Assembly (NCBI GenBank): GCA_963794645.1
Contig: CAWCEQ010000001.1
Coordinates: forward strand, 281,722 to 345,721
Source: Vulcanimicrobiota bacterium
Lineage (GTDB): Bacteria > Vulcanimicrobiota > Vulcanimicrobiia > Vulcanimicrobiales > Vulcanimicrobiaceae
Direction of reading: 5' to 3'
DNA: 64,000 bases
Shown here: positions 1 through 9,856 of the stretch, piece by piece
Numbering within the stretch: position 1 is the stretch's first letter
How the letters are laid out: each line of letters opens with the position of its first letter
Program-made: the position numbers and the translations under genes
Notes under the pieces: generated by a model
Told to the model about the DNA's origin: nothing
Database searches by the model: none
The model's input: only the letters and a program-made list of their open reading frames with translations

Positions 1-2971
1 TCTTTCGATAGGCCTCCGAGAGGGCATCGAACCGTTCGGCGTAGACGGCCGCCTGGGCGGACTGCGCCGCGGTCGGCGCCTGGTACGACGCCATCCGCGA
101 GATCAAGTCGAGCACCCGCTCGCGAAGTTGGGCCGGCCCGCTGAGATCCTCGATATTGCGCGGGTCGTAGGTGAGCTCTCGGCGCAGCGCCGAGAGCTGC
201 GCGGCCTGCGCGCCGGAGGCGTGCTTGAGGCGCGAATCTATGGCGTTGAGCATGGTGTCTATCGCGCCGAGTTCGGCGTAGAGCTTGGCGAGAAAGTCGT
301 GATTGGCCTGATACCCGCTCGTTGCAGGATCGCGCGGATCGGCTTTGACGATGACCTGCGCGCTCTGCGTCACGCCGTCCGCGGTCAACCGCACGACGTA
401 CGTTCCGGGCACGACGTCCGGGCCTTCGTCCGGGCCTTGATTGTCCTCGTACGTTCCGGTCCACTTGACCGGCCCGTCTTCGGCTAAGTCCCACGACGTG
501 CGGTTCATCCCGGCGGCGTGCGGCACGTCGTCGCCCGAGAGGTGCCTCACGACCCGACCCGTCGCGTCGAGCACCTCGATCGTCGCCTTCTTCGGCGCGC
601 GAGCCGCGTAGTACGTGATGAGCGCGCCGTCCGGCGGATTGGGGCCGACGAACTCGTTGCGCGGGATCTTCGGCGATTCGAACGTGTTGACGGGAGACCA
701 CTGCGCCATGCGATAGGTCTCGCGCAGCGGGAAGAGTGTCAATGCCGCCCCCTGCGTCGTGGCGAAGCGCTGCACGGCCGCGATATCGTCGAGAATCCAT
801 ACGCCGCGGCCGTGCGCGCCGACCACGAGATCGTTCGCGACCGGCTGCACCTGGATGTCGTAGATCGCCGTCGCCGGCATGTTCAGGCGCAGAGCCTGCC
901 AGTACGCGCCGCCGTCGAGCGTGACCCAGACGCCGCGGCTCGTTCCCGCGTAGAGCACCTCGGCATTGCGCGGATCCTGGCGAATGGAGCGCACGGGCTG
1001 ATTCGCCGGCAGGTTGCCTGCGATCGAATGCCAGGTCGCGCCGTAGTCGTCGGTGCGCAGAACGTACGGTTTGTCGTCGCCGTTTAGATGCCGCTCGATC
1101 GCGACGAACGCCGTGCCTGCGGCGTAGCGCCCGGGGTCGAGCCCCATGATGCGGCCCCAGGGCGGCACGAGCGACTCGGGCGGCGAGACGTTTTGCCAAT
1201 GCGCGCCGCCGTCGCGCGTGAGCTGCACCAAACCGTCGTCGGTCGTTACCCAGAAGATACCGGCGTCGAGCGGCGTCGTCGCCACGTAGAGAATCGTGTC
1301 GTAAAACTCCGCGCCCGATTGGTCGTAGGAGATCGCGCCGCCCGAATCGAGCTGCTTGCTCTTGTCGCTGCGGGTGAGATCGGGGCTGATCGCCGTCCAG
1401 GTTTGCCCGCGATCGGCGCTCTCGAAGAGCACGTTCCCGCCGACGAGTGCCTTGCCGTCGTTCGTGAACGCGATCGGCGTATCCCAATTGAAACGGTACT
1501 TCAGTGCGCCCGCCGAGAGCGAGCCGGTAGACTCGGCATCCGGCGAGACCTCGTATACCTGCTGCGAGCGAGAGTTCCAAAGATAGACCTGGCCGGTATC
1601 GCTGGCGGTAGAGGTGGACCAGATCAGGTCGGGATCCTTGGGATCGCGCACGACCCACATGCCGTCGCCCGGGCCGACTTGCTCCCAATCGCGGTTCGTG
1701 ACGCCGATGCCGTTGGGCGGCGACGACCATCCGCACCACGAGTTGTCATCCTGCAGACCGATGCAAACGCTGTAGTTGAACGGCTCGGGGCCGAGCGCCA
1801 CGTGGTATGGCTGCGAGAACGGCAGATCGTACGGCTGCCAGAAGTTTGCGGCGCCGTCGGACGAGATGATGACGCCTTCGTCGTTGCCGTTGATGATGCG
1901 CCGCCCGTCGGCCGACCACCAGACCGAGTGATAATCCCACCCGCCGCCCGTAGCGATCGCATGGAACGAGCGTCCGCCGTCGGTGCTCATCGAGAGCACG
2001 AGCGCGACGTTGATGAGACGGTCGGGGTTGGCCGGGTCCACGAAGATACTGCTGAAGTAGAACGGACGGGCGCCCAAGTACGCGCTGTGCGGCATCTTCC
2101 TCCAGGTCGCGCCGCCGTCGTCGGAACGCCAGAGTTCGCCCGCACGCGATTGAATTGCCGCGTAGACGCGCCCGCGCGCGCCCGCGGCCAGACCGATTCG
2201 CCCGGTGAGGCCTGCCGGCAGCCCGTGACCGGTCAGTTTGCGCCAGGTCGCGCCGTTATCGTCGGAGCGATAGATGCCGCCGTGCACGCCGCCGCTGTCT
2301 AGCCGCCATGGCGAGCGGCGGAACTCCCAGACCCCGGCAAAGAGCGTTGAAGGGCGCGCCGGCGAGCGCACGAGCGACGAAACGCCGCTGGAAGGCCCCA
2401 CGAAGAGCGTGCGGCGCCAGTTCGCACCGCCGTCGCTCGTAAGGTAGACTCCGCGATTCGTATCGTCGGCGGAGATGCTGCCGAGCGCGCCGACCGCGAC
2501 GCTGCGCCGGTCGCGCGGATCCACGCTGATGGCAGAGATGCGCGACGTGCGGGCGAGCCCCGCATGCTGCCACGTCTTACCGCCGTCTATCGAATGGTAG
2601 ATCCCGTCGCCCGACTCGGACTCGTTGCGCGGATTTGCTTCGCCGGTTCCTGCCCAGACGTCGAGATCGTCCTGCGGTGCGATTGCGATCGCGCCGATCG
2701 GCGCGACCGGCTGCCGGTCGAAGACGGGGCGCCAGGACGCCCCACCGTCGGTCGTCTTGAACACGCCGCCGCCCGCCCCGCCGGCATAGTATAGGAACGG
2801 GTCGCGATTGCTGCCGGCGACCGCCGTACTGCGCCCGCCGCTGATGGCCGGCCCGATGCCGCGGTAGGAGAGCCCGCTAAAGCTGCCCGGCGAAGTGCCG
2901 GCGATCGCGGCCGGCGCGGCCGCCCCAGCGGCGAGGGCGCAACACATCGAAAGAATGATCCGCACGCGCAT
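1..2971 (-). CDS. Secreted BNR/Asp-box repeat protein, sortilin/VPS10-like beta-propeller (glycosidase-like); C-terminus lies beyond the window start
   Basis: The ORF is open to the window edge, so it is absent from the ORF track. Hand translation of the minus strand from ATG 2971 gives the signal peptide MRVRIILSMCCALAAGAAAPAAIAG. At least ten Asp-box motifs (S/T-x-D-x-G-x-T/S-W) follow, e.g. TTDGGASW, SIDGGKTW, TSDGGANW, SDDNGATW, SDDGGATW, SADRGQTW, TRDGGAHW, TDDYGATW. It is collinear with the paralog at 42124..45144. Plus-strand ORFs 518..1087 and 1088..2302 are its antisense shadows. Confidence 0.8.
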   Translation of the reverse strand, partial: MRVRIILSMCCALAAGAAAPAAIAGTSPGSFSGLSYRGIGPAISGGRSTAVAGSNRDPFLYYAGGAGGGVFKTTDGGASWRPVFDRQPVAPIGAIAIAPQDDLDVWAGTGEANPRNESESGDGIYHSIDGGKTWQHAGLARTSRISAISVDPRDRRSVAVGALGSISADDTNRGVYLTSDGGANWRRTLFVGPSSGVSSLVRSPARPSTLFAGVWEFRRSPWRLDSGGVHGGIYRSDDNGATWRKLTGHGLPAGLTGRIGLAAGARGRVYAAIQSRAGELWRSDDGGATWRKMPHSAYLGARPFYFSSIFVDPANPDRLINVALVLSMSTDGGRSFHAIATGGGWDYHSVWWSADGRRIINGNDEGVIISSDGAANFWQPYDLPFSQPYHVALGPEPFNYSVCIGLQDDNSWCGWSSPPNGIGVTNRDWEQVGPGDGMWVVRDPKDPDLIWSTSTASDTGQVYLWNSRSQQVYEVSPDAESTGSLSAGALKYRFNWDTPIAFTNDGKALVGGNVLFESADRGQTWTAISPDLTRSDKSKQLDSGGAISYDQSGAEFYDTILYVATTPLDAGIFWVTTDDGLVQLTRDGGAHWQNVSPPESLVPPWGRIMGLDPGRYAAGTAFVAIERHLNGDDKPYVLRTDDYGATWHSIAGNLPANQPVRSIRQDPRNAEVLYAGTSRGVWVTLDGGAYWQALRLNMPATAIYDIQVQPVANDLVVGAHGRGVWILDDIAAVQRFATTQGAALTLFPLRETYRMAQWSPVNTFESPKIPRNEFVGPNPPDGALITYYAARAPKKATIEVLDATGRVVRHLSGDDVPHAAGMNRTSWDLAEDGPVKWTGTYEDNQGPDEGPDVVPGTYVVRLTADGVTQSAQVIVKADPRDPATSGYQANHDFLAKLYAELGAIDTMLNAIDSRLKHASGAQAAQLSALRRELTYDPRNIEDLSGPAQLRERVLDLISRMASYQAPTAAQSAQAAVYAERFDALSEAYRK

Positions 2972-3004
2972 GGCCTGGTCGTTTACCTATCGAGCGGCAC
3001 CGTC

Positions 3005-5500
3005 CTACATCTCTAAGGCAACGGCCGCCGCACCCTCTTCGGTCCAGTCGGCGCCGAGCGCCATCACCTTGGGCAGCCGCTCTCCCATCGCGTCCCCAAG
3101 CGCGCCTAGCACGCGTTCGTACTCTTGGCGTTCCGTGTACTCGCGGCCGGCTTCGAGATGGGAGAGACGTGCGTCCACGAAGCCGAGCAGCATGGCCGCC
3201 CGCTCGCGCGATGGCTCGCCGTTTCTCTCATCGCCCCGCTGCAGAGCGCCCACCGCCGCGAGATGCTGGAGCACGTACGCGGTAAGAACCGTCGCCTTGA
3301 CGTCGCGCGCGACGACGAGCGCGCGCGTCGCGTGCGCGCGTGCGTCGTCGAAGCAGTCCAGGGCTACGAGGTATGCGGCCATGTTGCACAGGTCGTTTGC
3401 CATGGAACGGCGATTGCCGGTCGCCTCGTGACCCGCTCGCGCTTCTTCCGCCCGCTGTAACGCCGCGGCAGCATCGCCGGCGGCGAACTCGACCTCGGCG
3501 AGATTGCCCGAGATGGATGCCGACGGGCGTTCGAGACCGAGCGCGACGTAAAAGGCGAGCGCCTCGGCATAGTACCTGCGCGCGCCTTCTACGTCGCCGC
3601 TGCGCGAGCGCGCCGTACCCAGATCGCCCAAAGCCAGCGCCTGAAGGCGCCGATTATCGAGCTGCCGTGCCGCCGCAAGCGCCTGCTCTAGCAGCTTTTC
3701 ACCTTCGACGCCGCGGCCGATCGCGCCGAGCGCGCTCCCCGCCGCCTGGCGTGCGCGCGCGATCTGCAGCTCGCCCAAGCCCCCGGCGGTCTGCAACGCG
3801 CGCTCGGCCGCGGCAAGCGAGGCCTTATACTCGCCCAGCGCGCCGCAGAGTTCCGCGTCGGCTACGTGCAGCTGCGCCAGCATCTCCGCGTTGGCGCCGC
3901 TGCCGAGCGCGTCGAGCGCCGAGCGCACCCAGCGGCGTCCTTCCAGCGGCGAGATCGAGTACCAGACGCGCGACAGCGCGCTCGCGAGCGCGCAGCCTGT
4001 CTGCACGTCGCGCCCTTGCCCGAGGCTCCACTCCAGCGCGGCGCGAGCGTTGTCGAGCTCGGCGCGCGCCTCCCGAAACCACGCGGCTCTCGTCCGCATG
4101 GTACCAGGTTCGGTCAAGACGCTCGGCGATGGCCAGACACGCACGGGCATGGCGCCGCGCAAGGTTTTCACGCTCGCCGTGCTCGGCCAGTTTCTCCAGC
4201 GCATACTGCCGCGTGGACTCGAGCAAGTGGTATCGCGCATCGCCTCGCGAGAACTCGGTGCCCACGAGAGACTGCGCGACGAGCGACGAGAGCACGTCGA
4301 GCACGTCTTCTTGCGGCAGCGCCGAGTCCGCGCAAACGACGCCCGCACTTTCCAACGTGAAGCCGCCGGTAAATACGGCGAGACGCTCGAACAGGAGGCG
4401 CCCCTGCGTTGACAGGAGGGCGTAGCTCCAATCTATGACCGCGCGCATCGTCTCGTGACGAGCGGAGAGCGGATGGGCCTCGCCAAGGAGATCGAAGAGC
4501 GCGCCGAGGCGTGCGGCGATCTGCCAAGGCGAGAGCACGGGCGCTCGTGCCGCGGCGAGTTCGAGCGCGAGCGGCAAGCCGTCGAGACGCCGGCAGATCT
4601 CGATGACGGGTTCGAGATTCTCCGCCGTTACCGCGAATCTCGCATCGGTCGCGCGCACCCGGTCGGCGAAGAGGGCGACGGCGCCGTACGCCATCGCCTC
4701 GTCGGGGGCGGTGACGTCTCGCGAAGGCACCGGCAGCGGCGCGACTCGATAGACGCGTTCGCCCGGAATGCTCAGCGCCTCGCGGCTCGTGATCAGCAGC
4801 GAAATGCCGGGGCATTCGCGCAGCATCGAGCCGACGACGCGGCGGGTTTGGGCGATAACGTGCTCGCAGTTGTCTATGACGAGCAGCGCACGTTTCTGCG
4901 CAAGGTGTGAGAGCAGCGTCGCAAGGAGCGGACGCGCAGGCGATTCTTGAAGATGCAAGACTGCGGCAATCGCATTCTCTACCAGCGCCGGGTCGGCGAG
5001 CGGCGCGAGTTCGACGAACCAGACGCCGTCGGGAAACTTGCCGCGCAGCCGCATGCCGACTTCGATCGCGACGCGGGTCTTCCCGACGCCGCCGGTTCCG
5101 ACGGCGCTGACGATGGGCGTGTCGTAACGAGGCCGGCGATCTCAGCGACCGCTTCGTCGCGACCGACGAACGCGGTCAATTGGCGCGGCAGGTTATGCGC
5201 GGGAACAGCCTCTTCTGCGGCTCGAACGCGCGCGCGACGGGCGGAGAGTTCGAGCGCCGCGCGCGCCTCCGCGGGCAGACCGAGCGCATCGGCGATACGC
5301 TCGAGCGTTTCGCGATACGGCGCCTTGCGATAGCCTCGCTCCAGCGCGCTCACCGCCTGCACGCTGACCGCAGCGCGATCCGCGAGCGCTTGCTGCGAAA
5401 GGCCGGCACTCGCGCGGAAGCTCTTTAGGAGAGCGGCGAGCTCCGCGACCGATCCCGCGCCTTCAGGCGGCTCGCTCGGCGCCTTGCGCGGCCGGTCCAT
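3005..5500 (-). pseudogene. XRE-type HTH / NB-ARC (STAND P-loop ATPase) / TPR regulator, split over three reading frames by two 1-nt frameshifts
   Basis: Three ORFs are consecutive domains of one protein architecture. ORF 4979..5500 carries the HTH (LSQQALADRAAVSVQAVSALERG). ORF 3825..5054 reads GTGGVGKTRVAIEVG just upstream of its first Met, then LLVIDNCEH. ORF 3005..4348 carries TPR-like helical repeats. I placed the junctions by hand at about 5121 (-1) and about 4085 (+1). Confidence 0.7.
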
Positions 5501-5557
5501 GCAGTCCTAGCCCGCGCTGTCTAGCCGCCCGGCGCGGGCGCGATACCGAACGGCGGA

Positions 5558-6538
5558 TCAGTGGGACCGCCCTCGGCCTGGTACTGCGTCTTTTGATGAG
5601 CTCTTGGGGTCTACCCGCCAGATGTAGCCATCCGCATCGGCGACCCATAGGCCTTTTTGTTTGTGATCGAAGTTCAGGTTGACCGGATCGCCGAAGCCGC
5701 TTGCGAAGAGCGAGCATTGCGTTACGCCCTTCTTGCAGTAGTAGAGGCCGCTTTCCTGATCGAGATAGTACAGGTTGCCGCGCTGATCGAAGACGATGCC
5801 GCCGGCATACGCGATGGTCGAGACGACGGGCGTTCCCGGTTCGACGCAGCCTGCGAACTCGACGATCGCAGCACTCGACGTAGTCGAATCGTTGAAACTC
5901 CAGTAACAGTTACCTTGGCGGTCGAGCGCTACGCCTTCGCCCAAGAGCTGGTCGCTGCCGTACGTCAGCGTGCGCGACGGCTCGGCGCCGCGGTTGAGGT
6001 AGATGGAAACGCTCCCCGCGCCGCCGCTCGTCGTCTGGCCGTTTGATACCGCAACGAGGCGGCGATCCGGCGTCAAGCTGACGTTCACCGGCACCTGCCC
6101 GTAGTCGTCGAGCGAGCCGACCGGTCCGTTTGGTCCGGCTTTCGTCGTCTTGTAGTAGACGACGTTCGAATGGCCGCCGTTAGCAACGTACCACCAGCCG
6201 TTCGGCGTCGTCATCGTACCTTGCGGAGAAGATAGACCCGTATACAGGTCTTCGAACCAAGAGAGTGAGTTGCCGTTGCGTTCGTAAACGCTCGAATCGT
6301 TGCCGTAGAGCTGCGCGGTATACATCCACGAGTTGGCCTTGACCGGCGCCTGCCGCGGCGGGGAGCCGGGCCGCGCGGCGACGGCCAGCACGCGCTGCAC
6401 CGACGGCAGGGCGAGCGACGGTACGGAGGTCGAGCCGGCGTTGGATGGCTGGGCTGCGGCAAACGAGCCGCCGCCGCATCCGCTAAGCAAGGCGATCGAA
6501 AGCACGCCGAGGACACGGCGGGCAATGCACACGTTCAT
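5558..6538 (-). CDS. Lipoprotein, NHL/SMP-30-like beta-propeller, unknown function
   Basis: 326-aa ORF with lipobox LLSGC near the N-terminus. Blade-like motifs repeat (GNCYWSF, GNLYYLD, GLWVADADGYIWRVD). Third codon positions are G/C-rich. Confidence 0.75.
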   Translation of the reverse strand: MNVCIARRVLGVLSIALLSGCGGGSFAAAQPSNAGSTSVPSLALPSVQRVLAVAARPGSPPRQAPVKANSWMYTAQLYGNDSSVYERNGNSLSWFEDLYTGLSSPQGTMTTPNGWWYVANGGHSNVVYYKTTKAGPNGPVGSLDDYGQVPVNVSLTPDRRLVAVSNGQTTSGGAGSVSIYLNRGAEPSRTLTYGSDQLLGEGVALDRQGNCYWSFNDSTTSSAAIVEFAGCVEPGTPVVSTIAYAGGIVFDQRGNLYYLDQESGLYYCKKGVTQCSLFASGFGDPVNLNFDHKQKGLWVADADGYIWRVDPKSSSKDAVPGRGRSH

Positions 6539-6584
6539 AGCAACGTCATTTCCAAAGCGTCTGGACGCACACCTGGCACGAGAC

Positions 6585-6620
6585 CGCCTCGCACTCCACG
6601 GAGCCGGAGTGCGAGGCGGA
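6585..6620 (-). terminator. Perfect 14-bp GC-rich stem-loop without U-tract between two co-directional lipoprotein genes (possible U-less terminator or RNA stabiliser)
   Basis: CCGCCTCGCACTCC (6585..6598) is the exact reverse complement of GGAGTGCGAGGCGG (6607..6620), with an 8-nt loop. It lies 33 nt downstream of the stop of 6653..7126. Confidence 0.4.
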
Positions 6621-6652
6621 TCGCGCAGGCGGTGCAGCTCCAGATTTCCGCC

Positions 6653-7126
6653 TTAGATGGAGTTCGTGATGCTCAGCAGCGCGTAGCCGATCTTCTTATC
6701 GTGCTTGGCGCTGAGGAAGTCGAACTCGGCCGTGCACGTACCGGTCGCAGTGCCGGCGGTCACGATCCACGAATCGCCCGATCCTTGCGCTACGGTTGCG
6801 ATGACGGTCGAGCCGCTCGTGCAGTCGTCGCCCTCTTGGAGCGTGCCCTTCTTCGTCTGCGGGGTGCGCACGACGACCGTGTCCGGGCCCATGCTGGAAG
6901 CGGTGAAGTCAACGGTGCACGGCGTCACGCGCACGCCGCCGTGGGCGACACAGTGGTTCTTGACGTCGGGAATGGTCGCCGGCACGTGCGAGACGACTGC
7001 GGGCGTCACTTGGCTCGGTCCCTGCGAACCGAGCGGCGAGCCCGTGCATCCCACGAGCAGGGCGGCGGCAGAGACGGCGGCAAGTGCGCCGAAGCCGAAC
7101 CGGAACGAAAACGTTGATGTAGCCAC
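6653..7126 (-). CDS. Small lipoprotein, unknown function
   Basis: 157-aa ORF with a GTG start and AGGAG about 9 nt upstream. It has lipobox LLVGC and four further Cys. I recognise no family. Confidence 0.65.
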   Translation of the reverse strand: MATSTFSFRFGFGALAAVSAAALLVGCTGSPLGSQGPSQVTPAVVSHVPATIPDVKNHCVAHGGVRVTPCTVDFTASSMGPDTVVVRTPQTKKGTLQEGDDCTSGSTVIATVAQGSGDSWIVTAGTATGTCTAEFDFLSAKHDKKIGYALLSITNSI

Positions 7127-7342
7127 GAACGTACACTCCTAAAGAAATTCTGGTAATCGCGGGATTTTACAACGGATTACGCGCCCCCTCGATTGACGCG
7201 CAGGCCGAGCATAGCATCCAGAAAATCGGCTGCCATCATCCACTGGCGACTGTGTGGGAGAGTGTGCGGGTAAGTGTAGGGGCCGCTGCGGCGCTCCCCT
7301 CCTACAGGAAGGCAACGGGGCAAAAGGCAACGCGAGCGCAGG

Positions 7343-8434
7343 ATGCTGGAAGTTGCCCGCGGCGCGGTTCAAGCGTACTACCTGTTCGACGTCGCCGATA
7401 CGATCGATCTGGCCGCGATGAGCGCGCTCGCCGGAGACAATCGCGCGCCCGCGACGCTGCCGTTGCGTCCGCACGCCTCGCCGGCCTACCTGCAGTTCCC
7501 CATTCCGCCGCTCGTCGCGGCGCTCCCCGACGCGGCGTTCGACGCCCTGCGCTGCTCGGTTCGCCTCAAACTCTACGACTACGGCGTCGTCTCGCTGCGG
7601 CTGAGTTTTCCGATCGCCGGAACGTGGGGCGAGCTCGTCGCCCTCGCCGATCGCGCTCGCAGCGACGAGCGCATCGCGGATTTCGCCCAGACGACGGTGA
7701 CGCGCATCTGCGATGAGTACGCGCACGCCTTCGACGAACGGCACGAACCGCTCGTCGAGGATTACCTCATCGTCGAGGTAGATCGTTTCGCCGAAGCGCT
7801 AGACGCCTGCGCCCTGCTCGACGATCACGGCGCAGCGCTGGCGGGCCTGCTGCTCGGCGAGCGCAAGCGCCTCTCCGCAAGCGAGGCCGACGAAGCGCTG
7901 CGCATGCGCTTCTCCTACCACGAAGACGATCTCACCGTCGTGCAGTGGGACACGGCCTTCGTCTACGACCGCAGCGAGAGCGCGCGAGCGATCGAAGACA
8001 TTCTCGAGTTTGCCAACTCCCAGCTCCTGGAACTGCGAACCTACGATGCGCTGCTCGACCGCGAACTCGACGGCATCTACAAAATGCAGCCGGGCAACCT
8101 GCCGCGCTCGCCGCGCGGACGCCGGGAAGCCGAACAGGCCGCAACGCTGCGCTACCTGATCGTCGACGTGCTCGAACTCACGGACCGCTCGAGCAACGCG
8201 CTCAAACTCGTCGGCGACGCCTACTACGCACGCATCTACCGCTCGGCCGCCAAGCGGCTGGGTCTAGCCGACTGGCAGCGCCAGATAGATACCAAGCTCG
8301 CCAGCGTCGGCGAAATGTATCGCTTTTTCAGCGACGAGGCGCGCAGTCAGCGCGATCAGTTCCTCGAGATTACGGTCGTCGCGCTCGTCGCGATCGAAGT
8401 CGTGATCGGCATCCTGACGCTTCTTCACTTCTAG
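7343..8434 (+). CDS. RMD1/DUF155-like protein with C-terminal transmembrane helix
   Basis: 363-aa ORF. The N-terminal AYYLFDVADTIDL and YDYGVVSLRLSF resemble the DUF155 (RMD1) family as I remember it. The C-terminal hydrophobic helix is ITVVALVAIEVVIGILTLL. Confidence 0.55.
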   Translation: MLEVARGAVQAYYLFDVADTIDLAAMSALAGDNRAPATLPLRPHASPAYLQFPIPPLVAALPDAAFDALRCSVRLKLYDYGVVSLRLSFPIAGTWGELVALADRARSDERIADFAQTTVTRICDEYAHAFDERHEPLVEDYLIVEVDRFAEALDACALLDDHGAALAGLLLGERKRLSASEADEALRMRFSYHEDDLTVVQWDTAFVYDRSESARAIEDILEFANSQLLELRTYDALLDRELDGIYKMQPGNLPRSPRGRREAEQAATLRYLIVDVLELTDRSSNALKLVGDAYYARIYRSAAKRLGLADWQRQIDTKLASVGEMYRFFSDEARSQRDQFLEITVVALVAIEVVIGILTLLHF

Positions 8435-8448
8435 CGCCGCTCGGACGG

Positions 8449-9834
8449 TTAGCCGTTGTCGGGCGGCCGCGCGTCGAGAGGCTGATGCAGGAAGTACGCC
8501 TTATCGTAGGGCGCCTTGATGTGACGGAACTTCCGCGGCGTCTGGTTGAAGTCGAACGCGTCGTCGGGGGAGTTCGCCCGCGTGTCGCTGGCCGTAAGCC
8601 TCCCGAGGCCGAACGTATCCTCGACGAACTTCAGGATGCTGCCGTGCTCGTAGTGCGTGTGGGAGACGTACCCCTTCTTCGCATACGGCGAGACGATCAC
8701 CATCGGAATGCGCATGCCCAACCCGTCGTAATCCAGCATGGCCGGCTTGACCGGCTCGTACCAGCCGCCCGGATCGTCCCATAGGATGAAGATGGCCGTG
8801 GAATCCCAGTACTTGGATTCGCCGATCGCGTTGACGAGCGATGCGACCCAGGAGGGTCCGGTGTTCGAGCCGCAGCCGGCGTGGTCGGAGTTGGCGCAGG
8901 TCGGCGTGATCCAACTGACGTCGCGCAGTTTTCCGTTCGAAACGTCGCTGAAGAACGAAGTCTGCGGCGTGATGATGTCGCTCTTCCAATCGGGGCCGGT
9001 GTAGACGTACTGGTTTGCCTGGTAGGCCGACCAGATGCCGCCGTCGCCATTGATCGTGGCGGTGTAGAACGCCCAGGGAAGCCCGGCGCCGTCCATCTCC
9101 GAACCGATCGTGTTGTCGGGGAAGCAGGTCACCTCGTAGCCGCCGATCTGACGCTGCTGATTGAGCGTGGCGATCTGGTCGCCGGATCCGCCCGGACATC
9201 CCCAGTAGCCGCCGGGGTAGTTCACGGCCGCCATCGCCTGGCCGGCGATGATGTACTGATGCGAGATGAAGCTGCTCTCGTCGAAGTTCGACGCGAACAT
9301 CTTGTCGGCCAGCACGTACTGCTTGGCCATATCGAAGTAAGGCGCGGTCTCGCTGTGCGGCACGTAACTGTACGGCGGGTTGGCATTGGGGCATTGCGGA
9401 TTGCCGGATTTGCCGCAGCCCCACCACTCTTGGTCGAAGCCGTTCATCCGGCAGTCCGTCCCCGGGTAACTTCCCGTGCCGTTGCAGGCCGTGAGGAATG
9501 CGTAGGAATCGTGCTCGATGTCCCAGGTGGTTTCCAAGCCGATCGGCTGCAGCGTTATCTTGTTGTTGTGGTTGTCGTAGCCGTACTTGGCGGTCGTGGC
9601 GCCGGGAAATCCGTAGAAGAGGTTATTGAAAGAACGATTTTCCTGAACGATGATGACGATGTGCTGGATCTTTGCGCTCGACGAGCCGCGATGGACGAGA
9701 CGGCTCGGCGCGGAGCCGCCCGGCAACGCCGCGATCGGCCCCGAGCCCGGCGCGGAGCCTCCCGCGCAGGCGGCGAGAACGAGCAGTGCCGCGGCCGCTC
9801 CCACGGCGCGGGCTGCATGGCGGATGCGTGGCAT
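8449..9834 (-). CDS. Phosphoesterase-family lipoprotein (phospholipase C / acid phosphatase AcpA type), subtype A
   Basis: ATG start with GGAGAGGAAG upstream and lipobox LAACAG. It has the family motif HIVIIVQENRSFNNLFYGFPGA. Subtype A markers are TPTCANSDHAGCGS, WDDPGGW and EDTFGLGRLTASD. Confidence 0.85.
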   Translation of the reverse strand: MPRIRHAARAVGAAAALLVLAACAGGSAPGSGPIAALPGGSAPSRLVHRGSSSAKIQHIVIIVQENRSFNNLFYGFPGATTAKYGYDNHNNKITLQPIGLETTWDIEHDSYAFLTACNGTGSYPGTDCRMNGFDQEWWGCGKSGNPQCPNANPPYSYVPHSETAPYFDMAKQYVLADKMFASNFDESSFISHQYIIAGQAMAAVNYPGGYWGCPGGSGDQIATLNQQRQIGGYEVTCFPDNTIGSEMDGAGLPWAFYTATINGDGGIWSAYQANQYVYTGPDWKSDIITPQTSFFSDVSNGKLRDVSWITPTCANSDHAGCGSNTGPSWVASLVNAIGESKYWDSTAIFILWDDPGGWYEPVKPAMLDYDGLGMRIPMVIVSPYAKKGYVSHTHYEHGSILKFVEDTFGLGRLTASDTRANSPDDAFDFNQTPRKFRHIKAPYDKAYFLHQPLDARPPDNG

Positions 9835-9856
9835 GGCCGGCTTCCTCTCCTAGCGT

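Noticed and set aside
518-2302. Long plus-strand ORFs 518..1087 and 1088..2302 (189 and 404 aa)
   Set aside because: They are Arg/Ala/Val-rich with no motifs and lie antisense to a minus-strand frame full of Asp-box repeats. These are typical shadow ORFs of a high-GC gene.
7127-7342. 216-nt divergent intergenic region screened for an ncRNA or tRNA
   Set aside because: It has no cloverleaf-like or strongly paired structure. The AT-rich part plus SD elements fit ordinary divergent promoters.
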